A stretch of 58,969 nt of DNA, taken from the NCBI GenBank assembly GCA_046759305.1, contig JBHIBY010000003.1:1-58969 (forward strand). The letters are read 5' to 3'. This document shows positions 27,248-37,630 of the stretch, piece by piece; positions within the stretch are counted from its first letter, which is position 1; every line of letters begins with the position of its first letter. Made by a program: the position numbers and the translations under genes. Under the pieces are notes generated by a model. The model did no database searches and was not told the DNA's origin. It saw only the letters and a list, made by a program, of their open reading frames with translations. This DNA comes from Anaerolineales bacterium (GTDB taxonomy: Bacteria > Chloroflexota > Anaerolineae > Anaerolineales > E44-bin32).

Positions 27248-28219
27248 ATGATTGCACCTGTCAAGTCCGGTAGGACACTCCGTGAACGTTATGTAGTAAC
27301 CAAGGTGATCGGCCGCGGCGGCATGGGGTCGATCTATCTCGCCGAAGACAACCGTCTATCCGGCAGGATATGCGCGATCAAAGAGGTTTATCAGGCGAGC
27401 GACTTGCCAGAAGAAGTTCGTTCGCAGGGAAGAGATCAGTTTTACCGGGAAGCCTCGGTCTTGGCTCAGTTGGATCATCCGAATCTCCCGAAGGTTTCAG
27501 ACTTCTTCACCGAAGACGAGCGCGATTACTTGGTAATGGATTATGTGCCCGGCGATGACCTTAAATCGTTGATGGACCGAGCCCGGCGAAAATCTGATTA
27601 CCTGTCGATCGAGGATGTACTTGGCTGGAGTGTGCAAATCGCAGATGCACTGGAGTACATGCACAGCCAGGATCCTCCTGTCATTCACCGCGACATCAAG
27701 CCCAGCAATCTTAAGCTCACTCCCAATGGGCTCATCAAGCTGGTGGACTTTGGTCTTGTCAAGCAGATGGTCCCGGACGAAATGACAGTCACGGTTATTC
27801 AGGGCCGTGGTACTGCAACCTACACTCCGCTTGAACAATATGGGGGAGACACTGGTCACACAGACCTTCGTAGTGACATTTACGCGTTTGGTGCGACCAT
27901 GTACCATCTGCTGACCAACAAACCACCACTTGAGGCCAAACAGCGCTTTCTGCGTCCACACGGATTGAAGATGCCCAGTGAACTCAATCCCGAGGTTGAG
28001 CCGGCCCTCGAAGAGGCCGTTTTGTGGGCAATGGCCCTTCATCCCGATGAGCGGCCTGAAAATGTGGCATCCTTTCGTCAGGCTCTTACTCGCGGCAAGC
28101 CGACCGATTTCGGCTCAGCGACAGGGCGCAGTCTCTCCCTTGAATCTAGTCTGGATCGCTGGTTGGCTGGAGCGGTGATTGCGCTGCTTCTGGTGGCGAT
28201 CGTCGCCTCATTGAGCTGA
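27248..28219 (+). CDS. Hanks-type Ser/Thr protein kinase with C-terminal TM anchor
   Basis: GRGGMG, AIKE, HRDIKPSN, DFG; terminal hydrophobic helix. Confidence 0.92.
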   Translation: MIAPVKSGRTLRERYVVTKVIGRGGMGSIYLAEDNRLSGRICAIKEVYQASDLPEEVRSQGRDQFYREASVLAQLDHPNLPKVSDFFTEDERDYLVMDYVPGDDLKSLMDRARRKSDYLSIEDVLGWSVQIADALEYMHSQDPPVIHRDIKPSNLKLTPNGLIKLVDFGLVKQMVPDEMTVTVIQGRGTATYTPLEQYGGDTGHTDLRSDIYAFGATMYHLLTNKPPLEAKQRFLRPHGLKMPSELNPEVEPALEEAVLWAMALHPDERPENVASFRQALTRGKPTDFGSATGRSLSLESSLDRWLAGAVIALLLVAIVASLS

Positions 28220-30949
28220 CCTGCGCCACCACAGGTAACCAACAAGGCTTGCAGCAAGCGCAAGCGCCACCGCCATCGCAACCCCCGAGAACACTCCCAG
28301 GGATTGGATAAGCTTTTGGCTTCCTGGAAAACCGAGTGCGATGTAGTTGTATCCGATTAACCCCCCGACCAAAATCAACAGTCCGATGCGGGTTCGACTC
28401 GGCTCGTCAGGCGCGATTAGCACATAGCCCAGAACGGCAGCAACTACTACCGCCGGGATAGCAAGAGCCAACTCTCCGATACCGATGGTTGGTGGGGGCG
28501 GTTCCGGAGTTGCAACGACACCCGCATTGGGCGCTGGAGTTGGTGTCTCGATTTCAGGTGTTATTGAGGGTTCAGGCGTGACGCTAGGTTCAGCTGTAGG
28601 CGTGATAACAGTCACGATCCCCTCCTGGACATTCATTTGCAGGATTTCGGAGAGCCTTGCCGGCTCGCTCATAGCTTCCAGAGTCAGCACTCCGAGCCTA
28701 TCAAGCGCGAAGGAAACGGAGGCGAGTCCTCCCGATGTTACGGAATCATGCACCGTGCTCGTCGCCTCTCCTTGATATGACAATAGGAATTCCACAGGAG
28801 TCCCGTCCGGGACCGGATTTTGGTTGTGATCAAGAATAACGCCAGTGGTTACATCAACGACGTCACCAACCGCATATTCTTGTTGTGCCTTACCTTCTTC
28901 GCCTGCGCCGACGATTGAAAGCGTGAGCAACTGATCTGGATCAGGCGCGGTCACTTCGATCAGATCGTACCCCACTCCAGGCACGCTCACTGGCGATGAA
29001 CCACGCGCCGATAGCTCCTGGAACAGTAGCCTTGCAGCCACGTCGACAAATGAGCTGGTCTTTCCGTATAGCGAGTAATAGACATCGATCTTGCTGATAT
29101 CGGTGGCACTGAGGTCGTAGGGTACGTCCATAGAGAACACAACAACGCGTTTGTTCCGAACCAGATCCGGTCGGCTGTTCAGCAACCGCTTGAGGGCATT
29201 TGAGCCAAACACACCCGGATCCTCTTTTAGCGTGACGAACACCAGCCAGTCCGCTGGCCGAATAATTGCTTCAACCTCATCTGGCGCCAGGAGAGGAATC
29301 GCAGGAACTGAATCCGGATTCTCTCCCAAAAAGAGCGCCAGGTCAGCCATGGATAGCGATGTTGAATTCCATGCTCCTACCTGACCCGCAGCGCTGGTCC
29401 CATATAGAGCTAGGATCGTGTCCTCCAGTTCTGCAAGACCAACGTGCCGGAAGGACTCGCAGCTCGAACATTGAGCGTAGTCGCGCACATCGGTTATGAA
29501 GACCATGCGCTCGCCAATCTGCGGCGGTCCCTCAATGAGATTAGTCAGTTCTTCAGCGGAAGGGCTTAGTAGAGTCGCGCCTTCACGAGCTACCTGGAGA
29601 GAGATATCCGCCTCGCCGACACCTTCGAGTGCGCCTTCCGCTGGCATTATGCTCTCTAGATCAAATCCTCCATCATAAAGCCGAAGCTTAAACCGAAGAA
29701 TTCGCAACACGGCTTCATCCACGCTTTGCGCGAAGATGGCATCGTCACGGTATTTCTCGGCAAAGAAGCTCAAAGTGTCCTGAACCGTCGTCAACTGGTC
29801 CGCGTCTCCATCCGAGACAAATTCCGATAGGTACAGCAAATCATTTCCTGCCAGGAAAGCATCACGCGCAACCAGGTGACCGCGATAGCTTTGACCGAGA
29901 GACTCATAGAAGAGGCGCAATGCTCCAGATCCCAATGGGCCGCTGACCGTCACTCCCCCTCCCTCTCGCCACGCCGCAAATGGATCTGAAGCCATCAGCT
30001 GGCCAAAAGCATCAGGGTCGAGGCCAATTGGCCGAGTGGTGTCCCGTATGTTGCCCTGGAATCCCTGATACCGGATATGACCTGACAACAGTCCATCTGC
30101 TATCCCGTTTGCCTCGCCGGGTGCTCCATCGGTCACGGCAAAGAACGGGGCGAGCTCGATCTGCTGCAGCTGAACCAGGGACTTACGGACCGTAGAGGCT
30201 TCTTCGTCTATAGGCCGATCGCTTCCGCCTAGGCCTGGAAAATGTTTGGCTATCACACCAATTTGGCCTTCAGAGCCCTCATGCACCCCCTCAATGAAGG
30301 CCTCGCCCAGCACACCCACCCAGTAAGGGTCCCCGCCGAATGATCGAACTCCAATGTCACCAAGATCCAGTTGGCGTGGGTCGCCAAGGACATCCAGAGA
30401 CGGCCCGAGCAGCATGTTGATACCCGCCGCTCTCAATTCTGATCCTATGACCGCACCGGTTGCGCGAGAAAGCTCGGGGTCCCAGGTCGCGCCAATCGCC
30501 ATTTGGGAAGGTGTAGTCGACATGCCAGACATAATCTCGGAATACTCTGGACCGTTGCCCTCTTGAACCACTGCGATTAGCAGCGGCACGTAAACACCCG
30601 GCTCGATTGTTATTTCACCAACCGTCCGGCGTAGCGAGGCCTCGTTCTCAGTGAATTGGAGGATCGTAACGAGATCTCTTAGCGTTGGAAGCGTGTTTTC
30701 TGGACCGATAAAGTTGTTATTCTCGGATCGAAGCACCAAGCCCGAAATGTGATGATCGCGTATGAGAGATAGAACGGGATCGTCGGGTTGAAGGCCAGAG
30801 CCTTCAAATGTGAGGAGAAAGAGCTGCCCGACTCGCTCTTCGGGCGTCATTTGCGCGAGAAGCGATTCGGCGAGGTCGCCTTGAGTGAATGGCGAAAACG
30901 CCGATGTTGCCACTAGCAGTAGGAGGGCGAGGGACGTTCCCGTTTTCAT
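28208..30949 (-). CDS. Secreted, membrane-anchored GH3 (NagZ-like) protein, possibly catalytically inactive
   Basis: Signal peptide, MTPEERVGQL, MAIGAT, RSFGGDP, KHFPG, AGNDLL; Pro/Thr linker and three C-terminal TM helices. Confidence 0.8.
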   Translation of the reverse strand: MKTGTSLALLLLVATSAFSPFTQGDLAESLLAQMTPEERVGQLFLLTFEGSGLQPDDPVLSLIRDHHISGLVLRSENNNFIGPENTLPTLRDLVTILQFTENEASLRRTVGEITIEPGVYVPLLIAVVQEGNGPEYSEIMSGMSTTPSQMAIGATWDPELSRATGAVIGSELRAAGINMLLGPSLDVLGDPRQLDLGDIGVRSFGGDPYWVGVLGEAFIEGVHEGSEGQIGVIAKHFPGLGGSDRPIDEEASTVRKSLVQLQQIELAPFFAVTDGAPGEANGIADGLLSGHIRYQGFQGNIRDTTRPIGLDPDAFGQLMASDPFAAWREGGGVTVSGPLGSGALRLFYESLGQSYRGHLVARDAFLAGNDLLYLSEFVSDGDADQLTTVQDTLSFFAEKYRDDAIFAQSVDEAVLRILRFKLRLYDGGFDLESIMPAEGALEGVGEADISLQVAREGATLLSPSAEELTNLIEGPPQIGERMVFITDVRDYAQCSSCESFRHVGLAELEDTILALYGTSAAGQVGAWNSTSLSMADLALFLGENPDSVPAIPLLAPDEVEAIIRPADWLVFVTLKEDPGVFGSNALKRLLNSRPDLVRNKRVVVFSMDVPYDLSATDISKIDVYYSLYGKTSSFVDVAARLLFQELSARGSSPVSVPGVGYDLIEVTAPDPDQLLTLSIVGAGEEGKAQQEYAVGDVVDVTTGVILDHNQNPVPDGTPVEFLLSYQGEATSTVHDSVTSGGLASVSFALDRLGVLTLEAMSEPARLSEILQMNVQEGIVTVITPTAEPSVTPEPSITPEIETPTPAPNAGVVATPEPPPPTIGIGELALAIPAVVVAAVLGYVLIAPDEPSRTRIGLLILVGGLIGYNYIALGFPGSQKLIQSLGVFSGVAMAVALALAASLVGYLWWRRSAQ

Positions 30950-30997
30950 CGTTTACCCTGATCGAGAGCCTGATGCTGGGATAGGTGAGCAGCAAGG

Positions 30998-31850
30998 CTA
31001 GCTTCGAACATCCTGATCGACAATCGTGCGCAATGCTTTGCGCCGCTCTGCGCCGGAAAGCATCTCCAGCTTTCGCAAGCTGAATGGGTCAATTTCTTGT
31101 CTAAGCAATTCCAACTCCTGATCGGTCGGAAGCACTGTTGTCTGAAGATCCTCTGCAATCACTAGTTCGAAAGCTGTCTTTGCGACAATCCGATCGACAG
31201 TCACTTCCGGATGAAGGTGAGTGAGGCGCATGTTCCCGTCAGGAAAATCAAATTGACCAAGATTGGATACAAGATATTGCGGTCCTGAGCCCGCCGTTCT
31301 CACCTTGCTGTGGCCTAGCCCAGAAAGAAAATCTAGCTTCGCTGGAAATGCCACCCTTGAATGTCTGGGGATGTAAAGGCTCATTTCGCTCATGAATACA
31401 GACACATCCGGTACGCCGCCTACACCCGGCATTCGAAGACGAGGGCGTCGGTAGTCCTTTCCTATCGAGATATTATTGGTATTTCCGTGTTGGTCCACCT
31501 GGCCGGGCCGGAAGAATTCCTTAGGTCGAACGGCTGGCAAATAGTCGGCCGCGCCGATAACGAAGCTCGAGCGAGTCAGCGCTGCTTCAACCCACCGCCC
31601 CTCAGCATCGGTGAGGCTCAGTTCAGGTGGGCTCATAGTAACGGAAGTCGCAATAGCAGAAGCGATGAAGATATTGGGCGCGTGCAACGCGCGAGCTAAC
31701 AGTGCAGCCACCGCACCCATGGGTGTGGCCAGTCCTAATGCGACTACCTCGCCATCGTTAATCTGGCGCGCCAGGCAGAAACAGATCAGTTCATCTGCCG
31801 TGCATTCCAATTTCGTTTGTATTTCGAGTTCCTCTACAACTGATCCCATG
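30998..31850 (-). CDS. CoA-transferase beta subunit (GctB-like)
   Basis: LARQINDGEV, GQVDQHGNTN, RMPGVGG, LHPEVT motifs; start uncertain. Confidence 0.75.
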
Positions 31851-31906
31851 GCATAAATTAAGATGCCCCGCCGTTTGCGGGGCATTGCGGCTGCGACATC
31901 TTGAAC

Positions 31907-33250
31907 TTACAACTCCACGAAGTAGGCCTCAGCGGCTCGGTCGAGCAGCTCCTTGCTCATCGTCGGCTCTACGTTGAGATAGCGCGAGATGTCCAGGATT
32001 TGATCGCAGATATCCCGCGGGTGTGAAGCGCGAAGCTTCCTATTGCGCTTGATATACCACTCCTGAAGCATGTAGGCTAGGCCTCGATCGGAGTATGGGA
32101 TGCCTTTCCCTTCGGCAATGCGCTTGAATATTTCTCGGTAGGCCTCATAAGAGGGGTCGCCTACTTCGATCTTGTGGCGCAGTCTCCTGAGAAAGGCCTC
32201 ATCAACAAGATCCTTGGGAGGCAGATTGGTTGAAAAGACTACCAGTACATCGAAGGGCACCTCAATCTTGCGCCCAGTGTGCAGCGTCAGGAAATCAATG
32301 CGGTTTTCCAACGGCACGATCCAGCGATTGAGCAGGTCTCGAGGCCGAACCTGCTGCCTACCAAAGTCATCAATAAGGAATACACCGCCGTTGGCCTTGA
32401 CCTGGAATGGTGCTTCGTAGAACTTGTTGGTGTCATCGAACACTAGATCAAGCCCATCCATCGTGAGCTCGCCACCTACTACGATGAACGGTCTACGAAT
32501 CTTAATCCAGCGCGGGTCCGCCTTTAAAGCCCCTGTCCCCGAACCCGAGCTCTCGGTGTCTTGATCCGGAGAGAGCTCATGGTTCACCGAATCATAGAGC
32601 TTGACAACCTGTCCATCAATATCGATCGCATACGGGATCGTCATGTCCTCCAACAACAGGAGACGACCGATTGCTCGCGCGATTGTGGTCTTACCATTTC
32701 CAGGGGGTCCGTAAAGGAAGATCGAGGCGCCCGAATTGACGGCCGGCCCGATCTGATTGAAGGTGGTTTCGGAAAGGATGAGTTCGTCAAGCGCGCGCTT
32801 CATCCCGCGTGGATTTACAGTCGGTCTACTGCGGCTTTGCCGAACGATAGCTTCGTTGTACACATCGACCGGGACCGGTGCCGGCCCGGCATATTGACTC
32901 CGCTCCAAGGCCTCTCGCGCTCGGGCAATTCCGGCATCCGTGATGGCATATTGGTATGCCCCCTCACCGATGCCAACCTGGGCCTTGACTTCTGCAAATT
33001 TCTCCCGCTTCAGGGCTTCAAGGATTTGGTCGGTAATTCCTGCATACGGAAGCGCCATCGCCTCAGAAACTTTGAATCCAGTGAGGTAGCCTCGGAAGTA
33101 GAGGATCTTAAGCGCCAGATCTTGCAGCCATAGTTGCGATAGACCCGTATCTTCTATCTTATTGATAGCCGGCGGGACGTAGCGTAGACTGCCGGTTGTC
33201 GGCATGTCTGCCGTCCGGATTACACGGGGAGAAGTGCGGGGAAGAGTCAT
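31907..33250 (-). CDS. AAA+ ATPase of unknown function
   Basis: Walker A GPPGNGKT, Walker B FLIDD, FSTN sensor, AFLRR arginine finger. Confidence 0.85.
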   Translation of the reverse strand: MTLPRTSPRVIRTADMPTTGSLRYVPPAINKIEDTGLSQLWLQDLALKILYFRGYLTGFKVSEAMALPYAGITDQILEALKREKFAEVKAQVGIGEGAYQYAITDAGIARAREALERSQYAGPAPVPVDVYNEAIVRQSRSRPTVNPRGMKRALDELILSETTFNQIGPAVNSGASIFLYGPPGNGKTTIARAIGRLLLLEDMTIPYAIDIDGQVVKLYDSVNHELSPDQDTESSGSGTGALKADPRWIKIRRPFIVVGGELTMDGLDLVFDDTNKFYEAPFQVKANGGVFLIDDFGRQQVRPRDLLNRWIVPLENRIDFLTLHTGRKIEVPFDVLVVFSTNLPPKDLVDEAFLRRLRHKIEVGDPSYEAYREIFKRIAEGKGIPYSDRGLAYMLQEWYIKRNRKLRASHPRDICDQILDISRYLNVEPTMSKELLDRAAEAYFVEL

Positions 33251-33329
33251 GCGTCAGATTATATACGCCGTGTGTAGCCCGAGCAAATCATCGGTTGTTC
33301 CTACTCAAGCGCAGCTGTAAAATGCGCCC

Positions 33330-34016
33330 ATGCAGCTAACTTTTCTGCTTCCGGTATATAACGAACACATTACGGCGGAAGAAATAATCCGCAACGTGGA
33401 AGCTTCAGGCCTGGCGGATCGTATTATTGTTGTTGATGATGCCTCGACCGATGGCACGCGCGAATTGCTTCAGGAAATGGCCTCCAATAACAGCCGTATT
33501 GAACTCCATCTCCATGACCGGAATCGCGGAAAGGGCGCAGCACTGCGCACTGGATTTGCGAAGGTAGAGACCGACCTGGTGCTCGTTCAGGATGCAGATT
33601 TGGAATACGATCCACGCGATGTGCCGAGTATGCTGATTCCCATTGAAGAAGGTAAAGCCGACGTCGTCTACGGATCCCGCTTTCTCGGTGCTGCGCGTCG
33701 GCCGACCATGTTCTGGCATATGGTGGCAAACAAGCTGCTTACCCTAATGACCAACGTGCTGTACAACAGTATCCTGACCGATATGGAGACAGGCTACAAG
33801 CTCTTTCGAAAAGAAGTCATTCAGAACATCGATATCCGTTCTAATCGATTCGATTTTGAGCCTGAGATCACTGCAAAGCTTCTCAAGAAAAAGGTACGGA
33901 TCTACGAGGTGCCGATTTCATTCAATCCTCGCGAGTACTCAGAGGGGAAGAAAATCGGACTCACAGATGCGTTCGCGGCTGTTTGGGCTCTGTTGAAATT
34001 TCGCTTCGTTGACTGA
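33330..34016 (+). CDS. GT2 glycosyltransferase (polyprenol-phosphate glycosyltransferase-like)
   Basis: PVYNE, VDDASTDGT, NRGKG, QDADLEYDP, TDMETGYK. Confidence 0.92.
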   Translation: MQLTFLLPVYNEHITAEEIIRNVEASGLADRIIVVDDASTDGTRELLQEMASNNSRIELHLHDRNRGKGAALRTGFAKVETDLVLVQDADLEYDPRDVPSMLIPIEEGKADVVYGSRFLGAARRPTMFWHMVANKLLTLMTNVLYNSILTDMETGYKLFRKEVIQNIDIRSNRFDFEPEITAKLLKKKVRIYEVPISFNPREYSEGKKIGLTDAFAAVWALLKFRFVD

Positions 34017-34019
34017 GGA

Positions 34020-35681
34020 CTAAGGCAGTCTAAAATCCTGCGCATTCAACTGTAGGCTAACCACACCCCTGAATTCGTTTCGTTCCAGTCGATAGGCCAG
34101 ATCTATCCGGCCCGGCAGTTTCCCGGACTGATCCCCAAATCCGAAAGCGATCGCATCAAAGATTCTTCCGGTGTGCCGCAGGGTCAATTTGAGGTGTTTG
34201 CCGCCCTGCCCCACTGCCCGCTTGGAGAGAACCTCGACTCCGGCCGTAGCAAATACTGGATCAGGATTCGCCTGGCCGCAAGGCTGGAGCCGATCGATGA
34301 ATGCCATGAGATCATCATCCAATTCATCGAAGCCGACGCTGGCATCGATCTCCAGGCGAGGTCTTAGGTCTAGTCCTGCCAAGCTATCGGCAGCAAGCTC
34401 TGACAGTCGGATCGTGAAGGCCTCCAGGTTCTCCTCGAGCAAGGCAAATCCCGCTGCCTGAGCATGGCCACCATATCGAAGCAGGAGGTCATCGCAGGCC
34501 TGTAGAGCTTTTGTGATGTGGAACTCGGGGATGCTGCGGGCCGACCCTCGTAGCTCATTCTCCTCAATTCGTGCAACCAGGGCTGGCCGATAGAACTCGT
34601 CCGCCAGCCTGCCGGCCACCAAACCGACCACTCCCTCGTGAAAACTTTTTTCAGCGGCTACCAAAAGATCCCCCTGCTCTTGAGCGATCGATCGTGCGCG
34701 TTCAAGGGTCTCATCTGTCAACTGCCGTCGCTCTCGATTCAGACCGTCCAATTTGCTTGCATTATTCCAAACATCCGATCCATCGGTCGACAGAAGAAGC
34801 TCTACTGCCAGACGCGCGTCGGCTAATCTTCCTGCCGCATTCAGCCGGGGCCCTAAACCGAACCCAATTGACGAAGAAGTAATCGATCCCTCAGCGTACC
34901 CCGCAAATTCAGAGAGAGCTCGGAGTCCGGGACGCGCTCTAAGGTTCAGCTGTTCAAGGCCAGCACCGACCAAGTATCGATTTTCGTCAACCAGCGGAGC
35001 CAGGTCTGCCACTGTTCCCACAGCGACCAGATCCAGATATTTCTTCAGATTCTCACCCCCGGAGGATGCAACCAGGCCCTGAGCCAGTTTGTAGGCGAGC
35101 CCGACGCCTGCAAGTCCTTTAAACGGGTAGTTGTCGTCTGCTCGATTGGGATTGATCACCGCGATCGCAGGGGGCAATTCTGCGCCCGGCAAATGATGAT
35201 CAGTGATAATGAGCTCTAAACCCGAAGCGTTGGCAGCTTCAACAACCTCATTCGCACGAACCCCACAGTCCACGCTTACTACCACTGCGGTCCCGCTGCG
35301 GCGTATCTCGCCAAGCGCAGGTTTGTTGAGGCCGTACCCCTCTGAAAAGCGGTTGGGTATATACCACCCAGTATCCAGACCTATTGAGCGAAGAACCTGT
35401 ACCAACAGGGCCGTCGCGGTTGTGCCGTCGGCGTCGTAGTCGCCGTACACTACGACCCGCTCACCTGCTCGCCGAGCCGCCTGCAGGCGCTCGACTGCGC
35501 GATCCATATCGCTCAGCTGGAAAGGATCGACTTCGCCATCGTACTGCCGGTTCAGAAAGGATTCAATCTCCCGCGCACTGGATAGGCCTCGCCGCTCCAA
35601 TATGGCCAATTCTGAGGGCTTGAGGCCGGAGGCCGCGCGATCTATCGAAGGTTCCGGAAATATCCAACGTTTTGTCGGCAT
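34020..35681 (-). CDS. recJ: ssDNA-specific exonuclease RecJ
   Basis: GDYDADG, VDCG, TDHH, GTVAD, PRLNAAGR, GSARS, GGHAQAAG. Confidence 0.95.
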   Translation of the reverse strand: MPTKRWIFPEPSIDRAASGLKPSELAILERRGLSSAREIESFLNRQYDGEVDPFQLSDMDRAVERLQAARRAGERVVVYGDYDADGTTATALLVQVLRSIGLDTGWYIPNRFSEGYGLNKPALGEIRRSGTAVVVSVDCGVRANEVVEAANASGLELIITDHHLPGAELPPAIAVINPNRADDNYPFKGLAGVGLAYKLAQGLVASSGGENLKKYLDLVAVGTVADLAPLVDENRYLVGAGLEQLNLRARPGLRALSEFAGYAEGSITSSSIGFGLGPRLNAAGRLADARLAVELLLSTDGSDVWNNASKLDGLNRERRQLTDETLERARSIAQEQGDLLVAAEKSFHEGVVGLVAGRLADEFYRPALVARIEENELRGSARSIPEFHITKALQACDDLLLRYGGHAQAAGFALLEENLEAFTIRLSELAADSLAGLDLRPRLEIDASVGFDELDDDLMAFIDRLQPCGQANPDPVFATAGVEVLSKRAVGQGGKHLKLTLRHTGRIFDAIAFGFGDQSGKLPGRIDLAYRLERNEFRGVVSLQLNAQDFRLP

Positions 35682-35716
35682 TCAACTCGATCCTGACAAA
35701 GCCTCATCAACCCAAC

Positions 35717-35740
35717 GCGGCCCGCTGTCGCGCGGGCCGC
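35717..35740. terminator. GC-rich hairpin between the DUF4870-like gene and recJ
   Basis: GCGGCCCGC-tgtcgc-GCGGGCCGC. Confidence 0.45.
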
Positions 35741-35763
35741 TTCTGCTTTTGGCTCTGCTCAAG

Positions 35764-36093
35764 CTACGCCCAACCCTGGTTCTTTGTGAGATCCGTAATC
35801 ACTGGGATGTTGACGTATTCCCCCTGATAAGCCTTGATCCCCCAATAGACACCGATAGCCCATAAGATAAGCGAAGGAGCAAATAGGCAAACGGTCGAAG
35901 GTATGGAGACGACCACGAGGAGGACTCCCCAAATCAGTGCCTGCGCATTGTGGGCTCTAATGAATGGACGACTCTTCTTATCCTCCATCAGCAGGATAAT
36001 GACTGGTGCCAAAGGTGTCAGCACATATGCCAGCAACGACACCAACCTATCATCACTTGAAGCTCCACTCTCGCCCTTTGGTTCTTCGCTCAT
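35764..36093 (-). CDS. DUF4870/Tic20-like membrane protein
   Basis: LLAY, FIRAHNAQAL, KAYQGEYVNIPVI pattern; three TM helices. Confidence 0.75.
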   Translation of the reverse strand: MSEEPKGESGASSDDRLVSLLAYVLTPLAPVIILLMEDKKSRPFIRAHNAQALIWGVLLVVVSIPSTVCLFAPSLILWAIGVYWGIKAYQGEYVNIPVITDLTKNQGWA

Positions 36094-36212
36094 TGCAAAC
36101 CTCCTGAAATTAGCTTACTCGGAAATGTTTCTTTGTTGCTCCGTTCTCTACAACCCCTTTCCACCGTGGAGGTTGCTTGGAGTTCAATCAGAGCGTGTGC
36201 TAGCATTGCACC

Positions 36213-37139
36213 ATGAAGATCGTGTTCATGGGCTCGCCGCAATTCTCGTTGCCAAGTTTACAAGCTCTTTCAGAACAACACACCATCGCGGCAGTAGTTT
36301 GTCAGCCGGATAGACCGGCGGGGCGAGGGAAGGCAACTACTGCTCCGGTGACTAAGGCCTTCGCGGTCGAGTTGGGTATTCCCGTCCTGCAGCCGGAACG
36401 CATTCAAGATGCCGATGTAGTATCGGAAATTCAAACCTTTGAAGCTGAATTGCTGGTCGTTGCCGCGTATGGACAGATCCTTCCTCAAAGCCTGCTCGAC
36501 CTCCCCGCGCGCGGGAGCTTAAACGTTCATGCATCTCTTCTACCTCGTTGGCGGGGTGCGGCGCCGGTTCAAGCTGCGATCCGAAACGGAGACACGGAAT
36601 CTGGTGTCACAATAATGCGAATGGATGCCGGCCTGGACACTGGCCCGATCATCAGCCAGCGGAAGGTTCGGATCGAGGCCGAAGCAACCGGAGGTTCGCT
36701 GACCCATCACCTATCGCACGTTGGTGCGGAGCTACTATTAGCAACGTTGCCGGGCTACCTATCGGGCGAACTCAGCCCTACGCCTCAGGATGAGGCTCTG
36801 GCGACATACGCACCAATGCTGAAAAAGAAGGACGGGAAACTAGATCTTGAGGCAACTGCCGATGACCTATCCCGTCAAATCCGCGCCTTCGATCCATGGC
36901 CCGGCACCTTCATCTTGTGGGACGATCGCAGTTTGGCGATCAAGCGCGCACACGCCACTTCGCACAACGGTGAGATTATTGCTGGCCAGGTGGTGTTGAT
37001 CGATAATGCTCCTGCACTCACCACCCACGAAGGCTTTCTGGTTCTCGACGAGGTTCAGCCAGCAGGAAAGCGCGAGATGCCCGGAGAGGCATTCATCCGT
37101 GGTGCGCCCGACTTTATTGGCGCCAAGCTACTCAATTGA
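36213..37139 (+). CDS. fmt: Methionyl-tRNA formyltransferase
   Basis: MKIVFMGSP, QPDRPAGRG, NVHASLLPRWRGAAP, MDAGLDTG. Confidence 0.96.
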   Translation: MKIVFMGSPQFSLPSLQALSEQHTIAAVVCQPDRPAGRGKATTAPVTKAFAVELGIPVLQPERIQDADVVSEIQTFEAELLVVAAYGQILPQSLLDLPARGSLNVHASLLPRWRGAAPVQAAIRNGDTESGVTIMRMDAGLDTGPIISQRKVRIEAEATGGSLTHHLSHVGAELLLATLPGYLSGELSPTPQDEALATYAPMLKKKDGKLDLEATADDLSRQIRAFDPWPGTFILWDDRSLAIKRAHATSHNGEIIAGQVVLIDNAPALTTHEGFLVLDEVQPAGKREMPGEAFIRGAPDFIGAKLLN

Positions 37140-37145
37140 CCGATC

Positions 37146-37619
37146 ATGGAACTTCAAATCATCCGGACCCGTCACCCACCAGAGGCATATCTGGAACAGC
37201 TCGCTGATCTTCTGCAGTCCGATATTCCAGCTGTGACACTTGAAGATCTGAGGCGGAGATTAGAGTTATTGCCCAGCGAGGATCGTTTCTTCCTTGCGCT
37301 GGATGGAGAAGCTCTAATAGGCTATGCGCACCTCAGGGTGTCGCACGATTTGACCAGCGACGATAGCGTGGAATTGATCGATATCATCGTTGCTCCGGAG
37401 ATGCGCAGGCAGGGCGTAGGTCGGAGATTAATGACGGCAGCTGAAATTTGGGCCTTTCAGGCAGAGCGGGCGCGTCTGATGTTGCATGCGGCAGTGGTGC
37501 GCAGCGAAGCGCAGGCGTTCTTCTCGGCCCTTGGATACGAACCATCTGCTACTTCCCAAGAATATATCCGCGATCTGGATGCCGCCCGCCGAGCCGAGGC
37601 ACCCACTCAGCCACAATAA
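37146..37619 (+). CDS. GNAT family acetyltransferase
   Basis: VAPEMRRQGVGRRLM acetyl-CoA motif, FFSALGY. Confidence 0.85.
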   Translation: MELQIIRTRHPPEAYLEQLADLLQSDIPAVTLEDLRRRLELLPSEDRFFLALDGEALIGYAHLRVSHDLTSDDSVELIDIIVAPEMRRQGVGRRLMTAAEIWAFQAERARLMLHAAVVRSEAQAFFSALGYEPSATSQEYIRDLDAARRAEAPTQPQ

Positions 37620-37630
37620 GTCGCCAGTCA

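Noticed and set aside
33452-33469. TGGCAC...TTGC inside the GT2 gene
   Set aside because: Spacing is 2 bp too long and the site encodes the conserved DGTRELL motif
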